A DNA stretch of 64,000 nt. It comes from Nitrospirota bacterium (GTDB taxonomy: Bacteria; Nitrospirota; UBA9217). Both the position numbers and the translations under genes were made by a program. Each line of letters opens with the position of its first letter. Positions within the stretch are counted from its first letter, which is position 1. The notes under the pieces are model-generated. The model ran no database searches, was not told the origin of the DNA, and worked only from the letters and a program-made list of their open reading frames with translations. Shown here in pieces: positions 19,465 to 29,298 of this stretch. The stretch spans positions 192,001-256,000 of the forward strand of contig CAVTRN010000002.1 in NCBI GenBank assembly GCA_963737155.1, in the 5' to 3' direction.

Positions 19465-19721
19465 CCGAAGGCTCGATGGCGAACCTTGTCTGCACGGGCA
19501 GTTGGAAGGGATTAATAAACCGATTCATATTTAAACCTGCATTGCGTACGTCCTGTATCTCAATCACCGTTGCATGTTTTACGTGGAGTTGAGTTTCGTG
19601 TAAAATTAGCGGAGGCGCAGATTTCATTTTGTATCATTGCATTTTGTGGTAATGTTATCTCTTATATAAACAACATCCCGTAGTTACTGAAATTTGCATT
19701 TTAAAAGAGGAGGATCATCTC

Positions 19722-20399
19722 ATGCGTTTCATCAATCGTATCATGCTCTCTGTTGCCCTGGCGGTCTTGTTTCAGGCTGTATTCACCATGCCGGTTCTTG
19801 CCGCTGACAAGCCTGCATTGACAATCGACAAGTCTCGAACCGCGCTTTTGATCATGGATTATCAAAACGATATCTTAAATTTCCTGCCGGAAAAAGATCG
19901 AGATCCGCTTCTGGACAAGGCAAACACCATACTGAAGGAAGCCCGCCGGGCGGGTATTCAGGTGATATACGTCGTTGTACGCTTTCGGGACGGGTACCCT
20001 GAGATAAATCCAATGAACAGGATGTTCAGCGGGCTGAAAAAAGCGGGATGGGTCCGTGAGGGGACCCCGGGGGCAGAGGTCCACGCGAAGGTAGCGCCGC
20101 AGCCGGGCGACATTGTAGTAACGAAGCGGCGCGTGGGCGCTTTTTCCACTACTGACTTGGAAACGGTCCTGCGCGCGAAGGGCATTGACACGCTTGTCTT
20201 GTTGGGTATATCGACGAGCGGCGTGGTCCTTTCCACTGTGCGGTGGGCCGCAGACATGGACTATCAACTCGTGGTCATCGGCGATGCCTGCGCCGACCTG
20301 GATCAAGAGGTCCACCGCGTGCTGACGGAAAAGGTCTTTCCCGGGCAGGCAATGGTCGTATCGACCCAGGATTTTTTGAAAGCTGTCCCAGGCAAGTAG
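19722..20399 (+). CDS. isochorismatase-family hydrolase with signal peptide
   Basis: ALLIMDYQND, VTKRRVGAF, GISTSGVVLST, DACAD. Confidence 0.92.
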   Translation: MRFINRIMLSVALAVLFQAVFTMPVLAADKPALTIDKSRTALLIMDYQNDILNFLPEKDRDPLLDKANTILKEARRAGIQVIYVVVRFRDGYPEINPMNRMFSGLKKAGWVREGTPGAEVHAKVAPQPGDIVVTKRRVGAFSTTDLETVLRAKGIDTLVLLGISTSGVVLSTVRWAADMDYQLVVIGDACADLDQEVHRVLTEKVFPGQAMVVSTQDFLKAVPGK

Positions 20400-20442
20400 C
20401 TCGGCCAGTAAGTTTGTAGCAAAGCAGAACGCGACGTAACGA

Positions 20443-20498
20443 TTCCAACAACGCCGCCGAGCGGATCGTTAAAACCGCGCCCACGGCGGCGGTTCATT
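20443..20498 (+). other. attC-like integron cassette recombination site
   Basis: TTCCAAC-5nt-CGCCGAGC...GCCCACG-6nt-GTTCATT; complementary GTTGGAA at 19501-19507 upstream of the gene. Confidence 0.6.
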
Positions 20499-21324
20499 CG
20501 CCTGATTCAACCAGTATCATGCATAGATGTTTCGTCAACACGGATGCATGACTGTAGGGGATCTTTGCAGAGTGCGCGAGATTTTTTCCCAACATTTACA
20601 TCCTGTAGTCGTTGAAGTTGCTATCACTTGCAACCACACATGTTTCATCCGGAATTTTTACTTACTTTTCCAGAATCGGTTAATTCGATGTTTTTTTGTT
20701 CAAGAACTACGTTTGAACTTTCTCGCGATCAGCGGTTTCATGTGCTCTTCTTTCGGTTGTTTGTCTGCAAACAAATATACCAGAAGGAGAGCCTTCTTAC
20801 TCTGTAAAACCCGCCTTTCGATCAAATAAAAGCTCTAATCCCGTGACTTTTGCAAGAGGCTCATAGCAAAATCTAAAAAAAAGCTTTACACAAGATTGCA
20901 AATTGGATAAAATTACAGCATCATTAAGTGGAACGGAGTCTTTTCCTCGAAATAATTATTGGATTGAGGATTCATGCTGGCGGGAAATAGCGCTGAAATC
21001 TACTTCTATATTGAAGGCACAGGACAATGCGGTTTGCAGACCAAATTACTTTGCTGATCTTCATGCCTTGTTAAACAGATGATGTTCAGTAGTGTTTCGT
21101 CCCATCCGAATTCCCAAAATTTCTCCGCTTCACTATGCCGATTCTTGTCACGCCTCTGGAGTTCCTGCGTCCGAAAAAAATGTTTTGGAATTACGATTCG
21201 GCTCTGGTAATGTTCGATCCGAGATTCGCCGCACAACGCATTGTGTGAGAACCGCACATCATTTTATTGAAAGAGGCCGCGCGGGGAAGTCGCCTTCTGC
21301 CAAAGCGGGCTTCGAGGTAAAAAC

Positions 21325-22776
21325 ATGGCTTTTAAGATTTTTCACAAGATCCCCCAACTCAGACATCCCGAAACCCAGTCCAATCCTGGTCTTGATCCGA
21401 TGGTCCCGATGCTTCTCGTAGCTGCAGCCGTCGGCTGCATCGGTTCCCTTGCTGTTGAACTGTTCCGCACGGCGATGTACGCGATTGTCCGTCTCTATTC
21501 CTCGCAGGAACATCTGGTCGCGGCCGCACGCTCCTTGCCGGTATGGGCACGCGTTGCGGCGCCGACGATCGCCGGCATCGCAAGCGGACTGGGCATGTGG
21601 GCGGGCCACCGCTGGATCAAGCGGCCGCGGGGGCCGGAATACATGGAGGCGGTGCACGTGGGCGACGGAGTGCTGCCGCTCGGACCGAATCTCGTCCGGA
21701 CTGCTTCCTCGCTCCTTGGCGTGAGCGGCGGCATTACGATCGGTCGTGAAGGGACTATGATCCAGTTTGCGTCCGTGGCGTCCTCGCTTCTCGGGCGGAT
21801 CTTTCGTGCCGATGAATCTCACCGTAGGCTGATCGTTGCCTGCGGCGCCGCAGCCGGTTTTGCGGCCGCCTATCGTGCCCCGATCGCGGGCACCCTGTTC
21901 GTCGCTGAAATCATTCTCGGCGGACTGGCCCTCCGCGAAATAAGCGCCGTTCTTGTCGCAGCCGTGATTTCCCTGCTTACTACGCAGGCGTTCTTCGTTT
22001 CCGGTCCGCTCTATATTGCGCACGCCGTGCCACCGGTTGGGTTTAACGACCTCTTTGATGCAGCCCTCGTGGGGTTGGCGGCCGGCCTGTTCGGCCCCGT
22101 GTTTCTGTGGGTGCTCCATACGACAAACCGCGGCTATCAGTCGCTGTTCACCTTTTTGCCCATGCGCATGGGCTTGGCCGGGCTTGCTATCGGGATGTTG
22201 TCGGTTCTGAGTCCCGAGGTCTGGGGCAACGGTTTCAGTGTGATGCAGTCCTTCCTGTCAACGCATTGGGCATTGGACGCGGTAGTGGCAGTGTTCCTTC
22301 TGCGGCTGATCGCCGTAATATATGCCAGTGCTGCAGGCATTCCCGGCGGTGTGCTCACCCCGACCCTGGTGACCGGCGCCGCCATGGGATTGCTCATTGG
22401 GAACACGATGCTGTCACCGTCGGCAGACCATTCCCAGACGCTCTGGATCCTGGTCGGCGCGGGTAGCCTGCTTGCGGCAACCACCCATGCCCCCGCGATG
22501 TCCGCCATCATGGTTTTCGAGACGACGCACAACTACAATGTGGTGCTCGCAGCCCTGCCTGCGTGCGTCATCGCCTCCGTTGTCGCAAGTCTGCTGCGTC
22601 ACCAGTCAGTCTACACAGAAGCTCTGGGTTTGGAGGAACACGGTCTTGCCGCCTCCGCCGCTAAGCGCAGGACAATATTACCCAGCGCTGCACCGTTTCA
22701 CCTGAGGTCCTCTGCGGTCGAAGGAAAAGACGGCGAGCAGACAGAGGAAGGCGAGCAGACAGAGGACACTGATTAG
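21325..22776 (+). CDS. ClC-family chloride channel/transporter (ClcB-like)
   Basis: IGREG, CGAAAGFAAAYRAPIAG, VWGNG, GGVLTP, THAP; markedly GC-richer than its flanks. Confidence 0.9.
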   Translation: MAFKIFHKIPQLRHPETQSNPGLDPMVPMLLVAAAVGCIGSLAVELFRTAMYAIVRLYSSQEHLVAAARSLPVWARVAAPTIAGIASGLGMWAGHRWIKRPRGPEYMEAVHVGDGVLPLGPNLVRTASSLLGVSGGITIGREGTMIQFASVASSLLGRIFRADESHRRLIVACGAAAGFAAAYRAPIAGTLFVAEIILGGLALREISAVLVAAVISLLTTQAFFVSGPLYIAHAVPPVGFNDLFDAALVGLAAGLFGPVFLWVLHTTNRGYQSLFTFLPMRMGLAGLAIGMLSVLSPEVWGNGFSVMQSFLSTHWALDAVVAVFLLRLIAVIYASAAGIPGGVLTPTLVTGAAMGLLIGNTMLSPSADHSQTLWILVGAGSLLAATTHAPAMSAIMVFETTHNYNVVLAALPACVIASVVASLLRHQSVYTEALGLEEHGLAASAAKRRTILPSAAPFHLRSSAVEGKDGEQTEEGEQTEDTD

Positions 22777-22941
22777 GCTCCTGCAAACAGATGAGGTTTT
22801 CCCAGTCCGCACGAAAGACCTGCAAAGCCGAACGCAGCATCAGCCCGCGCTAAAAGCTTCATGCGGACAGCCTTGGTCAGGGCAGCCGACACTTCCGCCC
22901 TGCTAATGACCGCCGTCCCTGTGTCGGTCACAGGTTTTATG

Positions 22942-23409
22942 TTACAATTTAACCTTGAGTTTCTCCAGGATCTGGAGTGTTTTACTGTCGTGTTCTCCAT
23001 GGAAATACTTATCGAGAACAAGGACAAACGGGGAGCCCGGATCGGATACAAACGCAAAAAGCGTCATCGATGATTTAAGCTTAAAGTCGTCAGGGTATCC
23101 AAATATTTCCGAAACAGATCGTCCCTTAATGGACAAAACTGTTTCCGTGCATTCTGTCAACCTGGAACCCAGAATAGGGTGGTCCAGGTATTTTCGAGCT
23201 TCTTCTATGCTTTTTATTGTGTAGTATTGTGTAGTTGGACTGTGTCCCAACCCATCGATCTGCGGGAATATGAACCACATCCAATGCGTTCGTTTCGTTC
23301 CGCTTTTTAACTCTGCGAGAACATCTTTATAAACTTCGTCTTGTGCATTTACGAAGCGACTCAAGCCAAAAGGGTCTTCACGGCAGATCGTATCATTTGC
23401 TTTAAACAT
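22942..23409 (-). CDS. DUF1810 family protein
   Basis: DPFGLSRFVNAQ...KRTHWMWFIFPQ...HPILGSRL...KLKSSMTLF. Confidence 0.92.
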   Translation of the reverse strand: MFKANDTICREDPFGLSRFVNAQDEVYKDVLAELKSGTKRTHWMWFIFPQIDGLGHSPTTQYYTIKSIEEARKYLDHPILGSRLTECTETVLSIKGRSVSEIFGYPDDFKLKSSMTLFAFVSDPGSPFVLVLDKYFHGEHDSKTLQILEKLKVKL

Positions 23410-23462
23410 AGCTATCTCCAATTTGCTTCATTCTTATTTACTTGAGAGTACCGTGTTCTCGG

Positions 23463-23786
23463 TCATTTTATCTGACTTTGGTTGTCTAAATCCATTTTTA
23501 TCTTTGAGTGCTCGATAGCAAGCGCGATCCACTTTTCGACCAACTTTTTAAACTTATTGTAAGTCTTGATTTGTTCTTTTATCTCAGCGACATGGTGCGC
23601 TCTGACATAGTTGGTCTTGCTTTTCATCTTGTGAGTATAGCTGAGTTGATAGAACTCCCATTTCTTTTCCTCGGCGTTCCGGTACTGCTTGGTCAGTGAA
23701 CCGGGCCGCAACTCTCCGATTCCCATCAGCTCCCGTTTGATTCCCTCAATCTGTTGTCCAATCCTCACAAGTCTTTTGTCCGTCAT
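23463..23786 (-). CDS. DUF6788-like IS-associated protein
   Basis: LRPGSLTKQYR...YQLSYT..KSKTNYV pattern. Confidence 0.7.
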   Translation of the reverse strand: MTDKRLVRIGQQIEGIKRELMGIGELRPGSLTKQYRNAEEKKWEFYQLSYTHKMKSKTNYVRAHHVAEIKEQIKTYNKFKKLVEKWIALAIEHSKIKMDLDNQSQIK

Positions 23787-23899
23787 AACGGCTCCTCTTC
23801 GCCTATTTTACCAGATTGCGACCTGCATGCAATGCTTTCTATCATAGTTATAGCATATATATGCTATGAAAACATAAATTCATTGTGCAGGAGGTGGTC

Positions 23900-25180
23900 A
23901 TGGACCTTTGGCTTCGATGGATGACGGTTGTGCGGGAGTTGCGGCCTGCCTGTTCACGCATGAGGACGTTTCTGTGGCTGTCGCTATGCCTTGTCGGTAT
24001 GTGTATTCGGCCGAATCTTGCCGGCGTCACCAGCATCGTAAGAGCCATCGGCCTTCAAGTAGTCTTGTATGACAAGCTCCTCGACTTCTTCCATTCACCG
24101 GCGCTCGATATTGACGCGCTTATCCGCCTAGGGGCCAATACCGTGGTCGGCATATGTTCTGGAGTCATGAAGAAAAACGACCGGTTGCTGCTCGTTGGAG
24201 ATGGATTGAAGGCGCCAAAGTCTGGCAAAAAGGTGCCCGCTGTTAAGCTCCTCCATCAGGAATCGGATTCCAATACCAAGCCGGAGTATATCATGGGGCA
24301 TGCCACGCAAGCGGTCGCAATCTTAGTCGGCGCGCTCAGGACCGTATTCGCCGTCCCTCTTAAAAGCCGTATCCATGAGGGAGTTGTCTTTTCCAACAGG
24401 AACAAGCTCACCCTGCTTGATAAGATGGTCCTGATGACCGAGGCTCTCGATCTTCCAGCGTTTTACTTTATCGCCGACTCGTATTATTCCGCGCGGAAGG
24501 TTATAGCCGCGCTTCTTCAGAAGGGCAACCACCTCGTCTCTCAGGTGAGGATGAATGCCGTTGCCTATATGCCGGCTGGTGCGCATGCGGGCACGAGAAG
24601 GAAAAGACGGCCAAAGGTGTATGGAAAGAAGGTAATACTGAGAACCCTTTTTGACGACCCTGCTGCCATGTGCGAGGCGGAAAGCCCGGTCTATGGAGAG
24701 AAAAAAGTTTTGTTGAAGTATCGCTGTGCTGATCTTCTGTTTAAAAGAATCGGCATCAGTGTGCGGTTCGTAGCCGTGAATCATCCAAACCGGGGACGGT
24801 GCATCCTGCTTTCCACAGACCTGTTCTTGTCACCTCTTGAGTTTATCGCCCTGTACGGTCTCCGCTTTAAAATTGAGGTCTCGTTCAAGCAGGCTGTCAG
24901 GACAATTGGCGCGTATGCCTATCACTTCTGGATGAAAAACATGACGCCGATTCGAAAATCCTCTGGCGATCAGTATCTCCATAGAAAGACCGATGCATAC
25001 CGAACTGCGGTCAGAAGAAAACTCGATGCCTACCACAGGTTTATTCAGATCGGGCTTATCGCCCAAGGGCTTCTTCAATATCTTTTGATCTGTGTCCCCG
25101 AACTTGTATGGGCCAAGTTCGGCTCCTGGCTCCGCACCATTCGCCCTGGCATTCTCCCTACGGTTACGTCCCTCAACTGA
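23900..25180 (+). CDS. DDE transposase (IS4 superfamily), frameshifted near the 3' end
   Basis: VGDG, IADSYY, YGLRFKIEVSFK; coding-like sequence continues in another frame to about 25293. Confidence 0.85.
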   Translation: MDLWLRWMTVVRELRPACSRMRTFLWLSLCLVGMCIRPNLAGVTSIVRAIGLQVVLYDKLLDFFHSPALDIDALIRLGANTVVGICSGVMKKNDRLLLVGDGLKAPKSGKKVPAVKLLHQESDSNTKPEYIMGHATQAVAILVGALRTVFAVPLKSRIHEGVVFSNRNKLTLLDKMVLMTEALDLPAFYFIADSYYSARKVIAALLQKGNHLVSQVRMNAVAYMPAGAHAGTRRKRRPKVYGKKVILRTLFDDPAAMCEAESPVYGEKKVLLKYRCADLLFKRIGISVRFVAVNHPNRGRCILLSTDLFLSPLEFIALYGLRFKIEVSFKQAVRTIGAYAYHFWMKNMTPIRKSSGDQYLHRKTDAYRTAVRRKLDAYHRFIQIGLIAQGLLQYLLICVPELVWAKFGSWLRTIRPGILPTVTSLN

Positions 25181-25747
25181 GCAACTTGTTACCGGAAATT
25201 CTGCTAAGTTCATCCAAAGAGGCTGCCTTCACGATATTCCTGTCCGAAAGAATCGATTTCAAGTTAAACAATCCCTTGGGAAAGGTGGCGTAGATGGGTT
25301 TGAAGGGGACAAAACCGTTCTCTCAAGTTGCAGAAAGCGCAAAAAAGGCGATCGGCCTTTAGTATTACCGCTTTTTGTGACAGAAATAGAATCTCTACGT
25401 GATACTTCCGTGACCTTCTTATATGTATACATGTTATAATGTATTCATGATCAGACCCATCCAAGATAAATTTTCAACTTGCTCGCATTAGATAGCATTT
25501 TGATTTTAAGGTCATATAGCGCTACAATTTTTAAAGTTGAAATTGCCAATTATTGAGCTTTATAAGCACTTTTATAGACAATTCGCCGGCAGAAGCGTTA
25601 CTCTTTTCTCTTGGACAGCATATTATGGTTATGGGAACCTCGTTCCGATATCGTAGTGTTGTCATCGAAAAGTCAATATGTTAGCCCGTCCAAAATGCTA
25701 TTTTTCACTTATCTTGGACATTAGTGATTCATGATATAGAAAAAAAG

Positions 25748-25835
25748 CAACCTTACGGAGTTAAGGTGCAGTAAATAGGAATTAAATGAAAAAGGAGGTG
25801 ATATAAAAAGAAAATCAATCTTACGAAGTTAAGGT
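25748..25835. promoter_or_regulatory. pair of palindromic sites upstream of the Met-rich gene
   Basis: CAACCTTACGGAGTTAAGGT and CAATCTTACGAAGTTAAGGT, 68 bp apart; each contains CTTA-N6-TAAG. Confidence 0.6.
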
Positions 25836-25934
25836 TTGGAAAATTGTCAGTGGGTCTTAAATTTTTTCCATCTATTATGGCGGGTATCTAAAAACAAGTT
25901 TTAAATTCAGTAACCAATCAAAGGAGGATTTACA

Positions 25935-26414
25935 ATGAAAAAGACATTTGCATTAGTTACAGCCGTTATCTCCTTCACAGTCCTGATGCTCTCTATCGGG
26001 GTCAATGTAGCTCAAGCGCAAGGAAATGGTGTAACGGTTTTTCCAAAAGAGGAGGAAGAAGTGATGACTAAGTCATGCAATATGGTCATGGATAAGGGGC
26101 AGATGATACATGACGCGGGCATGATGATGAAAAAAGGCACGATGGATAATGCCACGATGATGAAACAGGGTGACATGATGATGACAGAGGGCGACAGGAT
26201 GATGAAAGAGGGCGACGTTATGTCAAAACAGGGCAATATGTTGATGAACAACGGAAAGATGATGATGAAGAACGGGAAGATGATGATGGAAGGTAAAATG
26301 GATAAAGCTATGATGATGAAAGAGGGCGATAAGATGGTGAAAGCAGGCAGTAAGACGAAAGAGGCAGGCAAGAATGGCATTACGATTTTTACTGGCACGG
26401 CACCAACTGATTAG
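25935..26414 (+). CDS. secreted methionine-rich heptad-repeat protein (candidate Cu/Ag binding)
   Basis: AGGAGG RBS, signal peptide ending AQA, repeated MMxxGxM heptads. Confidence 0.75.
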   Translation: MKKTFALVTAVISFTVLMLSIGVNVAQAQGNGVTVFPKEEEEVMTKSCNMVMDKGQMIHDAGMMMKKGTMDNATMMKQGDMMMTEGDRMMKEGDVMSKQGNMLMNNGKMMMKNGKMMMEGKMDKAMMMKEGDKMVKAGSKTKEAGKNGITIFTGTAPTD

Positions 26415-27000
26415 CAGCCTCTCAAGTTCATCAATGGAAAGTTATTTCGTTCATTTCCTGACGGAGCTAAAAGGTCTTCATTCTGTAAGTATGGATGTAA
26501 AAAAATGATAGACTAACAAAGGGTCTCCTGGAAATACAGGTCTTCGGGACCTAGACTCGCAGGATATGAAGGAAGAAACGGTGTCATGATTACAACGCAT
26601 TGAGATATACAAGAGAGCCTTTTGGTCCCTTTCGAAAGGCTCGCTTTTTTTACCATGCTTCTTCACTTTTTTACTACCCAGTTGGCAACGAGAATCTGCA
26701 CGATCTACTTACGCTTCGTCGGCGTTTTTTCCCTCTGGCCGAACAACCGCAGGATTCCCGTTTCTTGAGTTCTGTCATGATCTTGACACATAATGTTTTG
26801 ACTGGTAATCGTTGGAGTTTCAATCTATCCAAACCTGCGTACTTGTAGGTGAATCAGATATTCATATAATATTAGCGAGGGTGCAGAATTCATTTTGTAT
26901 CATGATAATCATATAAAGGGCACCTCCGAGCATACCAGAATATTTTACATTCTGATGTGCTCTTGGAAAGAAACGCCAATTCCATTCCAGGAGGTGCTTT

Positions 27001-27390
27001 ATGAGATTGTGCCTAGGTATCGATCTACATTTAAGTAATAGTTATTCGGGTATCATCGATGAAAATGGCAAGAGAGTGTTCAAGAGGAAGCTGCCGAATG
27101 ATCCGGAGAAGTTTCTGGATGCATGGATCAAACGAACGATGTATTCCCGGATCGAACCCATGAAAAAGGTAGCCCGAACGCTCCGAGATCACAAAGATCT
27201 GGTGTTGAACTGGTTTCGGGCAAAAGGGGCTGTATCCGGTGGTATGGTCGAGGGCTTAAACCTCAAAGCGAAATTGACTATGAGAAAAGCATATGGTTCT
27301 CGGAACGTAGAAACGCTACAAGTAGCTTTATATTATACACTTGGTAAGCTACTGGAACCGAAAATCTGGCACATATTCTGCTGAGGAGCC
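27001..27390 (+). pseudogene. in-frame chimera of an IS110 transposase N-terminus and an ISL3 transposase C-terminus with the ISL3 right end
   Basis: GIDLH...SGIIDENGKRVFKRKLPND followed by SRIEPMKKVARTL...VEGLNLKAKLTMRKAYG; ends in GAGGAGCC. Confidence 0.8.
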
Positions 27391-27588
27391 GAAAATCCTC
27401 ATCGGTAACGACAACCGGGAAGATAAAAAGATGATATAATATGATGGAGAAAATGTCATGAGGCATTGGAAGCTGGGGAAGCGTTTGAAAGTCTACTTAT
27501 GGTCGACAGAAATACTCCGGGCATGTTACTATCAGACACCCTTATGCCCATGATGAATTTCTTCGAATTTTCTGGAAGGTGATTACTG

Positions 27589-28176
27589 ATGCGATCATTC
27601 ATGATCTATGTGACGGTTTTGCTCTTTGCATCCGTTCTGTATGCCGGTGAGACACAGTTTACCGTCCCCATCGATGATTCGCCGACAACCGGTCCCGTAA
27701 GCGCGCCGGTGACCATCATCGAGTTCCTCGATTTCCAATGACCACATTGCGTGGCGGCCGGTCCGACCGTCAAAAAGATCATGGATGTTTACAAAGGAAA
27801 AGTGAGACTCGTTATCAAAAACTATCCTTATATCTACCGTGATTATTCCTATCTTGCCGCAGAGGCATCGCTTGCGGCGCGGGATCAGGGTAAATACTGG
27901 GAGATGCATGACCTGCTGCTGAAAAGTTCGCCAAAGCTCGATCGGGACAGTCTTGTCAAGTATGCGCGGGAGCTGGGACTTGATGTGCAAAAATTCACTG
28001 AGGCCGTCGACGGTAATAAACACTTAGCAGAAATCGAGCGCGACGAGAAACTCGCAGTTGACATGGACTTGTTCAATACGCCGACGTTTTTCATCAACGG
28101 CCGCAAGGTTATAGGAGAGCGGCCTTTCACATATTTCAAGAAAATCATCGACGAGGAATTGAGCGTTCCACGGTAA
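27589..28176 (+). CDS. exported DsbA/thioredoxin-fold selenoprotein (UxxC; TGA at 27739-27741 read as Sec)
   Basis: GGAAGG RBS, signal peptide, then PIDDSPTTGPVSAPVTIIEFLDFQ-TGA-PHC in frame with ORF 27751-28176 (...TPTFFING); SECIS-like hairpin follows. Confidence 0.88.
27753..27771 (+). promoter_or_regulatory. candidate bacterial SECIS element
   Basis: GGCGG-C-CGGTCCG-A-CCGTC hairpin starting 11 nt after the TGA, with G in the apical loop. Confidence 0.6.
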
Positions 28177-29298
28177 ATGAAAGTTTTCAGCTCAGCGTTC
28201 ATTATCGGAAAAAATAATCTCAGGGAATCTCCCATGCTGCCACGATTGATCGTGTTAACAGGAATATCGCTTTTCGTTATTACGTTTAATACTGCAGTGG
28301 CCGGCAACTTCGAACCGTTCGTGTCCGTTCCTGTCCCAGAGCAGAATCCCCAAACGTCAGACAAAATCGAGCTCGGCAAGATGCTTTTTTTCGATCGGCG
28401 CCTCTCGGGAGACGGCACCATGAACTGCGCGACCTGCCATGACCCCGAAAAAGCTTTTACCGACGGTCTCGATATATCCCTCAGCTATCCCACGACGAAA
28501 AACTGGAGAAACTCGCCGACGCTCGTTAACGTGGCCTTCCAGAAGTATCTTTTCTACGACGGCCGCGCGTTGAGCCTTGAGGACCAGGCGCTTTTCCCCA
28601 TGATGTCCGCTTTCGAGATGAATCGAAATCTTGACTTTTTAGAGGAAGTAATCCGCTCGGTGCCCGAGTATGTCAACGCCTTTAAAAAGGTGTTCAATGG
28701 AGAGCCGACGCGTGAAAGGATTGCCATGGCCATAGCCTCCTTTGAGCGTACGATCATATCCGTGAATACGCCACTTGACCGTTATTTGAAAGGTGATAAA
28801 AACGCGCTTTCCGATGACGCCAAGAAAGGGCTTGTGATTTTTATGGGAAAAGGCCGGTGCGGGGAATGCCACTACGGAGTAAACCTGTGTGATGATAAAT
28901 TTCATGCTCTGGGTGTGCCGGAGAACCCGGAACACCTGTCGGACCCCCAGATAGCCGTAACGCGCCGGTTTGTTGCCAAAATTAATCGTTATGAAGAATA
29001 TCGCACTCTGGCGGAGGATCTAGGCAGATACCTGGTAACGAAGGACAAGAAAGACTGGAAGGCCTTCAGGACGCCGACGCTTCGAGAGGTAGGAAAGACC
29101 GCCCCCTATATGCATAACGGAATTTTCTCGACGCTCGACGAGGTGATCGAATTCTTTGACAGAGGAGGTGGCAAGGACAACACTGTGCTTAAGCCTCTGG
29201 GGTTGACGGATAAGGAAAAAAAATATCTTAAAACATTCCTTGTCGAAGGACTGGCAGGCTTGACGGAGAAATATCATTACCCTAGGGTGCCGCAATAA
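28177..29298 (+). CDS. di-heme cytochrome c peroxidase / MauG family protein (start may be 28234)
   Basis: LGKMLFFDRRLS, CATCH, RNSPT, CGECH, FRTPTLR..TAPYMHNG. Confidence 0.93.
   Translation: MKVFSSAFIIGKNNLRESPMLPRLIVLTGISLFVITFNTAVAGNFEPFVSVPVPEQNPQTSDKIELGKMLFFDRRLSGDGTMNCATCHDPEKAFTDGLDISLSYPTTKNWRNSPTLVNVAFQKYLFYDGRALSLEDQALFPMMSAFEMNRNLDFLEEVIRSVPEYVNAFKKVFNGEPTRERIAMAIASFERTIISVNTPLDRYLKGDKNALSDDAKKGLVIFMGKGRCGECHYGVNLCDDKFHALGVPENPEHLSDPQIAVTRRFVAKINRYEEYRTLAEDLGRYLVTKDKKDWKAFRTPTLREVGKTAPYMHNGIFSTLDEVIEFFDRGGGKDNTVLKPLGLTDKEKKYLKTFLVEGLAGLTEKYHYPRVPQ

Larger units (their letters stand above)
23441..25327. mobile_element. IS4/IS701-like DDE element with a divergent DUF6788-like accessory gene
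   Basis: Terminal IR CTTGAGAG / CTCTCAAG encloses both ORFs. Confidence 0.7.

Noticed and set aside
20500-20862. Possible IS66 fragment (VDETSMH) and IS-end-like TTTTGCAAGAGGCTC
   Set aside because: Too degraded to assign without a search.
20900-21324. Fluoride riboswitch upstream of the ClC gene
   Set aside because: No GGCGATGG..TCGCC / TGATGAC-type motif found.
25732-25835. About 36-bp repeat with 68-bp period, CRISPR-like spacing
   Set aside because: Only two degenerate copies and no cas genes; better explained as regulator sites.
27460-27580. Receiver-domain-like remnant (PGMLLSDTLMPMMNFFEF)
   Set aside because: Too short and decayed to call.
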